A DNA stretch of 22,586 nucleotides from Ginkgo biloba (GCA_024626585.2 JANKJI020000004.1:102723409-102745994), one strand, 5' to 3'. Numbered from the stretch's first letter, positions 11,717 to 22,586 are shown. Made by a program: numbers and translations. Notes: generated by a model not told the origin, from the sequence alone.

Positions 11717-12520
11717 GTAATTGCATCAAAATGTTGGAAAATGAGTCCAATCGCCCCAAAGCCTCAGGGATACTTTAACTTGGCTTTATTTAAGATGATC
11801 AGAGAATGCGCGAAAAGCCGCAGTGATTCAGCAAGTAGCCGCACTCTTTTTTGCCTACTCGAAACCTTGATATGATTGTACCAAAGCTTGCAGAACATTT
11901 TTAAGGTCCATTTTTTCTTGATAACACCATATCTTCCCTTGGATCCTTTTAAAAGTGATTGTATTTGATTGTTATCTTCTCTTATAATGGGTTCAGATTC
12001 TAGAATTCTATTAATCTCATCATCCATCATTGCCCTGCCTGGACATAGAGACTAATGTAGCAATTAGAGTTTCTCTTGTGTAAGTTTTGCCAACTAGAAG
12101 GTCTGAATGAGGCAATTGCTAAAATGCAGTTTGCTTGAATATTGAATTACGATGGTTGTAACTGAAACCGTAAAAAAAATCTCTGGTTGGGTTCTTTTGC
12201 ATCAAGAAAAAATGCCATATTTGCAACAAGCACAAATGCACCGAGTAGCTTCTGCAGACTACAACAAATTGATTTTTAATGTACTGAAAAGTGATTCCTT
12301 AATATCGCTGCCATGGTACACAACATAAACTTATAGAATTAAAATTTAAACATAGTTTTACAGATTCCAAATACACAACATGTCCAGTTTTAGGTTGTGC
12401 ATGCTTATAACATCAGATTCTAGACAATTCATCCCATGAGGAAATGTACATGGAAGATTGTAACATGTGAAGACCTGGTGTGCTTTATCTTCCTTTTATA
12501 TTTCTCATTTCTTTATGCAG
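11717..12520 (+). other. Predicted GT-AG intron (804 bp)
   Basis: Donor AG|GTAATT. Strong acceptor with a long pyrimidine tract, TTTATCTTCCTTTTATATTTCTCATTTCTTTATGCAG|, ending at 12520. The acceptor is well supported; pairing with this donor is inference. Confidence 0.55.
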
Positions 12521-12606
12521 TTGGACTCTGAAAGAGAGACAACATGCTGACAGTGAAGATATAGAACTTACTTCTATTGTTATACACACTTCAGGAAAGT
12601 GTTCGA

Positions 12607-15600
12607 ATGCCATCTGCCATTGACATTTCTGAAATGCATCAAGATACTTCACACCATCTAAAGAACTTGAGGAAAGCAGTTCTAAATGTAGATTACTTCA
12701 AAGATGAACAACGATCAAGCATGCAGGTAAATTGTGAACAGGCTGATGATATACCTATGAAATTGGTGGCGTTGATGGCTAAAAATCAACGCGAGCCATG
12801 TGCAAGTTTACCAAGCCATATCAATCTGAAGGAACTTATCGCAACTTATCCTAATGAACAGCCTCCGGCAGCAAATATACCCGAAAACATAAACACCTTA
12901 GAGTACAACTTGGCAGACATCCAAAAGGGAGGAACGCTTGGAAGCCGTTCCGGAAAAGAGGAGATAGGTGGGCCAACTGATAAGAGTTTCATTCCCATAT
13001 TGTCAGATCATATAGGTATGGATGTTCTATTATCTGGAGAGGAAGGTCCTTCGCCCTCAGGCAGCGAATCATCTTATGCTGCTCTTGAAGGTTCTAAATC
13101 ATTTGATGAGGCATACGGACATCACGACAAATACAATCTTCAGAATTCAATATTGCATACCACAGACTCAGCAGAAATAAGAGATGTAGATTTTCAAAAT
13201 ACCGAGTTGCCAAATGAGCAGCACTACTACACATTACCCATTGCAGGTGCTGCGACATCCCAGGAATTCAGCAGTGTAAATGAACAGCAAAAAATAGGTC
13301 CAGCTTCAGTAACAAATGGCATTCATTCACTTAAGCAGGATTCAGTGGGACGGCCAAATATAGCCAGCCAGCATACTGAACTGGATTATTCTGGAGATAA
13401 CTTCATTGCCCAAACAGAAGAGGGAAGAGGCCAACGTATAGTATCAGAGCACAGCCTGGAGAAAGTAAATAACAGTTCACCCCTACATAGTGAGGACCTT
13501 ACGACGATGGTAAAAACTGTCGAGCAACCCAAACCCAGTTCTGAGACCCTGTATATTTGGGAAAAAGAGGCAATAGGGTTTGATATATATGTTGGATCTA
13601 AAATCAGCCGACCAGTGATTGTTCCGCCCAGGGATTCTAGAGGTGGTTCTAGCAGCACAAATGGGCAAAAACACACTGGATTCTCCCTTTCCCGTTGGAA
13701 ACAAACAGTCAGCCGCATATCCAAGAAACCAATGAAGATCTTGACAAATGAGTCTGCAGACCACATGTCAATTTCTGTGTCAAAGAAAATTAATGTTGCC
13801 CCCAACAGTGCACCTTCTCGCACACGTGCTGAAAAATCCACTTGTACGCAAACCAATATAGCTGGTTTCAATGATTGCCAGGGTGGGAACAATCTCCTAT
13901 CAAATAATAAATCTGTGGATTCAGAATTGCTGAGTAGTGTTGTGGCTGAGCAAGCTGCACCATTTCCCAGTGAAGTAAATATGTTCTCTGTATGCAGAGA
14001 AGATATTGTTCCGAAATCAGGATTGAACAATGCTGCAGCATATACAATTCAGAACGCAACCAACTGGATAAGATACCGCAGCACGGAAAAAAGATGCTCT
14101 GATTATGGTTTTAGGGTTTTGCCCCTGAATTCACAAGGGGTACTTATCAAGGTTCGGCCTAATGCTATAACCGGAGCCAATAAACTCTACACTGATCAAA
14201 ATCCTGTGACAGTAAATGAGACCTTAGATATAAAAGGTTCCGAGGGATATCCAGAATATATGTTTGTTGAAAGTGTTGATACTTCTGACCATGTTACTGT
14301 AGTCAATGAAACACCCAAAAGATCTAGAGACTCTGCTACATGCATTCCAAAAAGCCTGCATCAGGAGAATTACTGCATTCAGAATAAACAAGATTGGAAA
14401 CAGTTCTCTGCATATAGAACTAGTCAATTGAAAATCGACAAGGCAGAGTTCTCACAACCTCCTTTGCAGAACAACATTCCAACCAGAAAACTGGATGGTC
14501 GAACCTCAGAACTAAAATTCCCAGCTAACGTAATTGAGACACCAGATGCCGGTATAAATCCGCCTTTGTGTATGCATGCACTTTTTGAGCTTGGATCCAA
14601 AGGGGTTCAGAACCAAAAGAATTCAACCATGGAAAAAATTATTTCAAAAGGACAGAGTTTGGAAAAGATACCACTTACTAGTCAACCAGTTTTAAGGTTA
14701 ATGGGCCAAAACATAACTGTTGGGTTGGGAAATGAGTCAGGGAAAGAAATGAAGGAGATAAAGTTGAGANNNNNNNNNNGCAACTAAAAGCTCTTCAGAA
14801 GCCACAGAGGGCGTTTCTTTGAAACAGAAGTCAAACATGTTTTGCACAAGCCGGTGTATTACAAGCACTGATCCTGAAAACCAATTATATTCACCAGAGT
14901 GCGAACATAATGCATTGAACCCACATTCTAGAGCTGCTAATAAGAGTTTGCCAGCAACAATATCAGAAGATCCTCACTATAAATTTGAACAAGCATGTAG
15001 TCTAGAAACACCGCCTTCTTATACATCCAATGCATCCAAGAAAATAAGAAGAATGAATAGCACCATTCCCATCCTGGTGGAAAGCATCTTCCCAACAAAC
15101 ACTGTATTTCCTGGACTGAAAGATCAATTAGCTTTCTGTACAGACAACACTCCTTTTACTCCTGTTGCTAGGTTTCCCTCCAACACAGCTTTGGATCAGG
15201 TAGATAAGATGATGCCACATAAACAAATCTGTAAGTTGGAGTTAACCCAACTGTCAAGAACAGGGTGTAGTCCTCATGGTGCTTGCTTCCAGAATGTGCC
15301 GGCAAATTTGAAAAGACATATTAGATTCCCCCAAAATCAAATCCACGGCCAGAACTCATGCTCAATACACTGTGCTTATCAGCATGGAGAATGCAGTCAA
15401 TGTACACATGCATCTTTGGGAAATTCTGAAACGCTGTCCCCTCCCCATTGTAAGTGTATCCTCGGTCAGCAGTTGGTGAATGCCAAGGGACAACATGAAA
15501 CAAAGGAACCTTCAAGTTATGACAAGGGAGTGTCTGAATCTCAATGTCACACACATTTGCCTTGTAAGATTGAGATGGGATCTGTTTTAAAACAATTGCC

Positions 15601-15970
15601 TTGTGCGATAAGCGACGCAGGACCCTTGTCTGTCCCTCTACCTCGTGTTAAACGTATTTTTGGCCATCCAACTTCTAACCCAAGGGCGTCTCATGGTCAT
15701 CACCAAACATCTGTTTTATCTACACCTGTTGTCAATTCTTCAACTTCCATGGTGCAAGATAAACACACATTCTCCTTACTGGATTTAACAGAAAGAAGAA
15801 AGATACGATTACTAAAGGATGGGAGGTGTGATGGAAATGAAATTAAGAATAAGAAAGGGAGCGTGCTTGATAAAGTAGATAACAAAGGAAATAATGTTCA
15901 AGGGTCAGAACAAATGCCTCGAGAATGGTTTTTGCAAAAGCATCAAAAGTATGCGCAAGGATCATTATAA
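12607..15970 (+). CDS. EMBRYONIC FLOWER 1 / HAPLESS8-like, probably disordered nuclear protein (about 1117 aa plus gap); one long exon split by a 10-N gap
   Basis: Open from ATG 12607 to the gap (14769), and open again from the first base after it (14780 GCA ACT AAA AGC...) to TAA 15970. DDIPMKLVALMAKNQRE (12745-12795) resembles the EMF1 motif DDIPMEIVELMAKNQYER. PVLRLMGQNITVG (14686-14724) resembles HAP8-family PVLRLMGKxLMV. S/N/Q/P/E-rich, with no transposon domains. The true start codon is uncertain. The coding call is stronger than the family call. Confidence 0.8.
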
Positions 15971-16569
15971 AAGAGATCTCAATTTATAACAAAGGAACTA
16001 CAAAGGATCATTTTGTCCCTCTAATGTTGCAAAGGAACTACCTAACACCTCGCTAGAACCAAATAGCTAATCCACCGGTTCCTTCTCCAGCCAACTGACT
16101 GGTCCAGTAACCAATGCAGAATTAAGTCTAGTTACTCTTGATTCTGCTTTAGAATAATGTTCCCAGCTAACATCCAGTCAGAAAACTAAAGGAAGAATTT
16201 CATCGGTTCTGCTTATCATATTAGACCATCAGATAGATAATGAACTTATTACATTTATCTGATTTTATTATTGCCCATGGAAAGGGACATATGATCCAAG
16301 GAGCTTTACTCTTGTTCTTGATTTTTTTTGTTTTTCTCTGATCTATTCTCTTGATTTTCATGTTTAAATTTTGTGTTGAAAAAGGGAAGGGACTCAGCCA
16401 CCACGTGGCTCTTGTCTAACACGTCAGATTACATCCATTATGAAAAATAAAAATTATGTGTGTTAGTCATGCTTTTTGCATTGTCTTCGTCAATTAGTTT
16501 CCATCTTAGTTTTAAATTAGTTCATAGTAGTCTTTTACGTGTGATAAATAATTGCTACAAGTATAATTT

Positions 16570-16930
16570 TATTCTATCTTTTTTTTAATCACAGTTTTAT
16601 TTTCATCTTTTGTTTGTGTTTTGTTTTTATTTTTCATTTACATTTTCTTTCTATTTTTTGTTCCTGTCCTATTTTTATTTTTCATTCCTATCTCATTCCA
16701 TCTATTGTTTCATTCATTCTTTCGTTTCTATTTCATTTTCATATTTCATTCTCCTTCCATTTCGTCTAATTAGTCATTTTGTTTTTATCTTCCATTCTTT
16801 TTCAATTTCCATCTTCCGTTCCATTTTTCATTTCCCTTCTATTCTTTCATTGTTATTTTATTCCATTCTATTGTTCCCGTTCTACTCCTCTGTTATGTTT
16901 GACATGCTTAGACATTGCTTTTTTTTTACT
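16570..16930. repeat. Pyrimidine-rich low-complexity tract (degenerate TTCATT/TTCCAT/TTCTAT units)
   Basis: About 350 bp dominated by T and C with very few G. It accounts for the spurious F/S-rich ORF 16610-16951. Confidence 0.8.
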
Positions 16931-17225
16931 ATACAGTATAGATTAGGATAAATTCGAGGCAAATAATTGTCTTATAATAATCATATACAAAAACACAAAT
17001 TAATTTATTGGAATAGAAATATGATTTTGGAAATTTAGTATTGTTTGTTATATATTATTTTATAGTTAATTTATNNNNNNNNNNNNNNNNNNNNNNNNNN
17101 NNNNNNNNNNNNNNNNNNNNNNNNNNNNNNNNNNNNNNNNNNNNNNNNNNNNNNNNNNNNNNNNNNNNNNNNNNTCATTATTGCAAATAGTTTTTAATAA
17201 TATTCTAGATTTTTATTCCCCATGA

Positions 17226-17270
17226 GGGTTTCTCCAGTTCAAAACTGGGGGTTTCTCCAATTCAAAACCG
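17226..17270. repeat. Tandem duplication, 23-bp period, 2 copies
   Basis: GGGTTTCTCCAGTTCAAAACTGG followed by GGGTTTCTCCAATTCAAAACCG. Confidence 0.85.
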
Positions 17271-17959
17271 TATATCTATGTACAGATTTGTGTGTGTTTC
17301 CAATTTCTTTTACTCTTAAAATTTTCAAATTCAAGTATGATGGGATTGCATACATGTTTAGACACAAACTTTTAATTATTTTTATTGAATTAAATTAAAA
17401 AATATAATCCATAATTATTGACATTGAGAGATTTTGACTCGCCCACTAAAATATGGATCAATGACATTAATTATTTTAGTGGGAGGGTTAATCAAATTAA
17501 TTTTGCAAATGATTTATGGAATTACTTTTCTTTTTTTCTAGTGGAAGTGCAAACCATGCCATGTTAATGTAGTAGTGAATTTTATTAATATTATTTTTTC
17601 TCTTTTAACGTAAAATAGGGGGTGCGGTTGGACATGCCTTTTTTTAAGTAATGTAATATAGTATAGATAATTTATAAAATACAAACCATACTTCTATTGA
17701 TTTAATTGTCAATAATTTATTGAATATTTTAAAAGTTTTACTTTAATGACTATTGAATACTGTTGTTTTGAGAGGTTTTACATAGGTTTCAAGGAAAGAA
17801 AAGTTTCATTAAAAATGAAATGATAATAAACTGCAAATAATTCTAGAAATAACTTCAATGCAACTGCAAATGGAAGAAGTCCTTATCCTATTGATTAGAT
17901 ATACAAAACATTTGTTCTCCTTGAGTAGTTTCTTATATTCTAAGGATGTATTATGGGTG

Positions 17960-18300
17960 TTGCATAACTTGTATTTTTTTTGTTCACCTATTATAGATGG
18001 TTTATATAAGTTTACTTTTTTAAGATCAAATACTATATATAATCCCCAAAATCCAAACAAAAAGTATTAGATCCTATATACTCAATGATAGTATAAGGTT
18101 CATACTCTATTGTTTTGATATTCCATTCTTTCTTCTAGAATCTCTTTTGGAAAATGTAATCATACCTTATTCCCCACCTCGAAAAAATATTCCCTTTAGT
18201 GCTTGTCATTATTCTCATGTAATTAACTTGAGCCTTTGACAAATCCCTATATACTTGTTTATGAATTTTCTATTATGCTCAATAAAGTGCTTAGCTTGCA
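17960..18300 (-). mobile_element. Heavily decayed Gypsy integrase C-terminus (GPY/F region)
   Basis: Minus-strand reading across frameshifts: QAKHFIEH / IHKQVYRDLSKAQVNY / DKH*REYFFEVGNKV*LHFPKE / IKTIEYEPYTIIEYIGSNTFCLD / VFDLKKVNLYKPSII. This is collinear with the Gypsy D-x2-R...FxVGDxVWL...YGPYxIxExIGxNAFxLDLP tail. Confidence 0.75.
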
Positions 18301-19879
18301 TGTGGGTTTTATTTTATAAAGACGAAGAAGAAGTGAAGGCAGTGAAGTAGATATTCAAATCCAAAAAAGATACCTCGAACATGAATCAAAGGATGAAACA
18401 TTAATAAAGCTATGAATTTAAGCACTATTATAGAATATGAGGAACACTTTAATTTGAAGTTATAGGATACTTATATTTGTAGATATGCAAAGCATGTATG
18501 AATACTCAATTCACTACCTCTCTCTACTCATTAGTTTATAGATGAAATGTTGTGGAACTCTTAAAATTTGTAACTTTGGACTTTGGTGTATTTACTAGAA
18601 ACAATAAAAGGTGATCCAAATTGAACTCACACATGCAAAAAGAACAGTTTAATTGTTGGTTATGTAGTTATGGATTTATGGCATGCTATGATGATCACCA
18701 TGTTGATAAATATATCAATAATTACGAAAATATTTTCATTAAATTCCTATGGTTTGTTTGGTACTTGAAATGGTTGGTACCCCCCAAGTTTCCTTGTAAT
18801 GGATTGCAAATTCAACATAATTCAAATGATTTTAAATGCCTCTCCTCATCTACTTTCATTTAGGGATAAAAGAATAATGTTGTAAGTGTGGTGAGTCTTC
18901 TTGACTCTAAAGTGTCCTAAAACTTGACAATTTGTGCTTATCTTATTAAGTGAAGCCAAGGATTATTGTATGATATTCATAGGATTCATAATTTGAATAG
19001 GAGGCCCTTATTGAGGTGAAAGTGCCTATATGTGTCCCCTCTCTTTCTAAATTTGGTTCTAATAGACTTGATGTTATAGGTGTAAAGTGCATGTCTCATG
19101 CACATAAAACCTTCTGCTTATGGTATACAAAGTAATGAGTATAAAGAAAAGAAAGGTCTACAGAAGAAATCTTCTACATTCTTTATATTTCCATTTTATA
19201 ATAGGTGACAACATAAAATCATCAAAGAAAGTGTGTCAATTTGATTAGAAAATGGTCCTCAAACTTTATTTAGGAATAAAAGAACTTTAATAATTGAAGA
19301 TTGGAATGGATTACTGTTTCCTTTCCAAAAAGACAATGCTCGTAATGCTTCATTGTTTGTATTTCAGTATAAATCTCCTTATTGTGGTGTTAAAATTTTG
19401 AACTACTATTTTGTATGACTCAAAATGATAAGAAACACACTTTTCCATAAGTGTAAGGATTGCATGCTCTAATGCATCCACCTCAATCTCAAAAAGATGT
19501 TGCAAGCTAGGAATATTTTAAAATAGAGCTATGCATATTTTTTTCTTATGAGTAAGATTCCTATTGAACTCTGACAAATAAAATATGTCAAAGAACCCTA
19601 CCTTCCTCTACAGGAATGTGCATCATATATACAACTGAAGACACTTGTTAGCATTAGAATGAACATGTACCTTTTCTTATCTTAGGTGATAATGNNNNNN
19701 NNNNNNNNNNNNNNNNNNNNNNNNNNNNNNNNNNNNNNNNNNNNNNNNNNNNNNNNNNNNNNNNNNNNNNNNNNNNNNNNNNNNNNNNNNNNNNCCACTA
19801 TGTTAAAATTGATTGACTGTCCTAATTGCCCTATAATCCATAATCACAACCTATAATGTACTTGGTACCCACGGGCCTT

Positions 19880-19940
19880 ACTCTCTTTTTCTTTGCAGAA
19901 TATGGGACTAGTGGTTGGCTTTCCCACAAGACACATATTT
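19880..19940 (-). mobile_element. Possible decayed CCHC zinc knuckle (gag relic)
   Basis: The minus strand reads KYVSCGKANH*SH then, after a 1-nt shift, FCKEKE. It fits C-x2-C-x4-H-x4-C only if TAT derives from TGT. Short and degenerate. Confidence 0.3.
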
Positions 19941-22586
19941 GATCAAGAAGATAGGTCACTACATGTTATCTAACGTGACTCTTTAGCTTTTCTTAATAAT
20001 CAAGATGCTTGAGAATAAGACAATAATGCATGCCTCCTCTAAAAGTTCATATGTAAACTGACAATTTGNNNNNNNNNNNNNNNNNNNNNNNNNNNNNNNN
20101 NNNNNNNNNNNNNNNNNNNNNNNNNNNNNNNNNNNNNNNNNNNNNNNNNNNNNNNNNNNNAATAAATGCTAAGAAATTCTAATATAGCATATTAAAAATA
20201 ACTAAGCACCCCTACATTAACCTATTAAACCCTAACCCTAGAAAATTGACTGTCTTATCAAAACTAAGGCATCGATGGAAAAAAGGAACTATAGGGTAAG
20301 GAGGAGAAAACTCGTCATCTATTAAGAGTGTGTTGATGTCACCTTAAATACAATTCCCTGAAAATAACACGAAAATATGTTGGCACTTGAAATCTCCATT
20401 ACGCACTAGTTGACTCATGGTAGGAGAGATCTATATCAACAATTTTGATTTTTTTAATTTAATTTAATTTTTTGTTTAAGGATAAAATTAAATTAGTTTG
20501 AGGTCCTTCTAAAATTTAACAAGTCATGATCATTACACTAGAATGAGCTCGAGGTCGAAAAGAAGAATAGATTTAGAGTCAATTTCCAAGTGGGTCAAGT
20601 GTGGTCATTAATATATGTAACATGTGTGCATTATGCTCAAATTATCCAATTGAGTTATAAATCCACTTCAAGTCCTCAAATGCTACCCTTTATAACTAAA
20701 GAAGACACCACCACCTAATTGTCACTTTTGAGTCCATCTTTAAGTCATCTTGAGTGAAATATAGTATAATAGTTCACAATGTTAACTACAATTTTTATCG
20801 ATAGTCTATTCTAGTGGAGAGGAATGGGAGTGATATGGGTATAAGTGATCGGAGAGGTAGTACTCAATAGCAAAAAGCGCCTTAGCTCATAATGTCCCTC
20901 TGTCCATATACTTTTCCTTTTTCGACAACATATAACGCATGGGTTTGCAACCTTTAAAATATTTGAAGGTGGCTCGATACACTTTTTAACCCCTCGTATT
21001 AGTTTAAGCCCACCATTGAATTTATAAGATTCCATATGGCTGCGGATAAAATCGATGGTGGTAGCTCTTCACAAATTTAAAAAACTATAGGAAAATTAAA
21101 AGATGTATATGATTGCATCTCCTCCGCCAAGGGTTCTCAATCGCCGATCGGACAGGAAGGCCGGAATGCACAGAGAGCCGAGGCGACTTTGGTCATAGAA
21201 CACGATTACACATAGGGGTCTCGGATTACAACTATGTAGGCAGCGCTATGGTGGGTTTGGACCGACGACCTAAATGAATATAGTATTCGAGGGGGAAGAA
21301 AATTGCGACCCCTGTTGCAGGGATTCACGAGGGCTTAGTTCAACCGTGGAGGCCTCCACGCTGAGCCGTGGCACATGGGGTGGATGTTGGACGATGGAGG
21401 TGAACGTAATACATGGTAGCCACTTGGCTCGCAGGCAGGTCAAGGGCATTTTGTATTCTACAACAAGCAAAGTCCTTTCCATGTTCTATTTTTTTTTTGG
21501 GGGCATAACGGCCCAAAGAGTTTCACTCCTAATAGTCATGTAGAGTGTAGGGACGGCACTCGAGTTGTGTATTCGTGGGTTTGGTTGGTTGTGAAGCTTT
21601 GGGTTTTTTTTTGGTTTACAATGCTATGGTATCCCTTCATTTCGGTTAGATTTTATTAGGATTTTATGAGGTACACCTTGAATAACACCAAACAAGGACA
21701 TGCACAGCACAAGGTAATAGAGATTTAATGAAAATATTTAAAAAATTAGAGGTATTCACACAACAAGATAAAGTGCAAATTGAATGGACATGGAAAAATG
21801 AAACCTTTACCAATTTAATATTGCACTACATTCTCTCACCACACAAAAAAATATTGTCTTCCATGCATTGAGGGGAGCAATAAAACAGGATACAATAATT
21901 ACTCATAAATGCAATCCTCATTATGTTGGGCATTTGATGTCTGCAAGAATGGAGTGCTTCTCATTTTATTTTTTTTAGCAAGGCTTTTCATGAATAAAAC
22001 ACTATGTCCATTTGCACAAGACAATAACAAGTTCACTTTAATAGTTTATAGATTGAAATGAGAGCAACATGGGAGGAGAAGGTAGTAAATTTTAGCATAA
22101 CGTTAGACCAAGAATGAGGACAAAAATATTACGGAAGAGGCCTTCAACTTATATAAATTTCTGCAATCCCTTTATCTTCATGAGTGTGAAGATTTTTCGA
22201 GAATTTTTTTTTAAAAAAATCAAGCTCCATATGCAAATACTTCCACAAGAATGCCTCGTGTGCTCTCATAATGAGCTAACCATGTAAGCAAACCAACAAT
22301 AAAACAACACCATAAATAAGAGAGTGAAGGATGTTCTAAAGAGCCCTCTTCTCTATGTTTTCTCATCTAAAACATTCTCCACAATCCCATGCCAAAATCC
22401 TCATGACACTCATTCTTTCTCAAAATGCTCACAACATAAAAGAATCCTCCTCTCACAAAATTTCCCACAGACTATTTGGAGATTTGTTCTCCTTATAAAA
22501 ACATGCCAAGCTCTCTAAAAAATGCAAGCTCATTCATAATGTAAACTCTCTACTGTGCAGCAAAACTCTCTACTATCTCAAAATTT

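Noticed and set aside
12577-12606. TTG start given by the ORF track (also TTG at 14819)
   Set aside because: In a eukaryotic context the first in-frame ATG is 12607, and 14819 is internal to a frame already open from 14780.
13386-14030. 214-aa minus-strand ORF, and the other antisense ORFs within 13483-15885
   Set aside because: These are shadow ORFs of the long + strand CDS, with no motifs or independent signals.
16610-16951. 113-aa F/S-rich membrane-protein-like ORF
   Set aside because: Artefact of the T/C-rich low-complexity tract.
19881-19954. Strong + strand splice acceptor (CTCTCTTTTTCTTTGCAG) suggesting an exon
   Set aside because: The donor is weak and there are no partner exons or recognisable peptide. 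It is equally explained as the antisense of a purine-rich gag relic.
20227-20241. AAACCCTAACCCTAG telomere-like/telobox motif
   Set aside because: Only about two imperfect units, with no array and no linked gene.
1-22586. Prokaryotic-type systems (CRISPR array, operon, defence island) and tRNA/rRNA genes
   Set aside because: No regularly spaced repeats, no dense gene packing and no recognisable structural RNA. The content is plant retroelement debris plus one gene.

Overview
This is AT-rich eukaryotic DNA, most consistent with a large-genome land plant (gymnosperm-like by inference from the retroelement families; unconfirmed). The window is short contigs (mostly 1-2.5 kb, one about 8 kb) joined by 100-N spacers, so adjacency across gaps is unreliable. 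Positions 1-9000 are decayed Ty3/Gypsy LTR-retrotransposon pieces from at least three families: a Reina-like chromovirus (LTR, Met PBS, gag, PR, RNase H, IN) plus an inverted gag copy, a CRM-like gag-PR fragment, and a third gag. The one host gene is on the + strand at about 12607-15970. The ORF track splits it only because of a 10-N gap. It encodes a roughly 1100-aa, probably disordered protein with an EMBRYONIC FLOWER 1-type motif (DDIPMKLVALMAKNQRE) near the N-terminus and a HAPLESS8-type motif (PVLRLMGQNITVG) further on. A CpG-retaining promoter/leader and a predicted 804-bp intron precede it, and splicing creates a 44-codon out-of-frame ORF overlapping the main ATG. Downstream are low-complexity DNA, a decayed Gypsy integrase tail and unassigned repeats. 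I see no convincing new multi-gene system; the atypical EMF1/HAP8-like gene is the best lead. All family assignments come from motif recall, not database searches.
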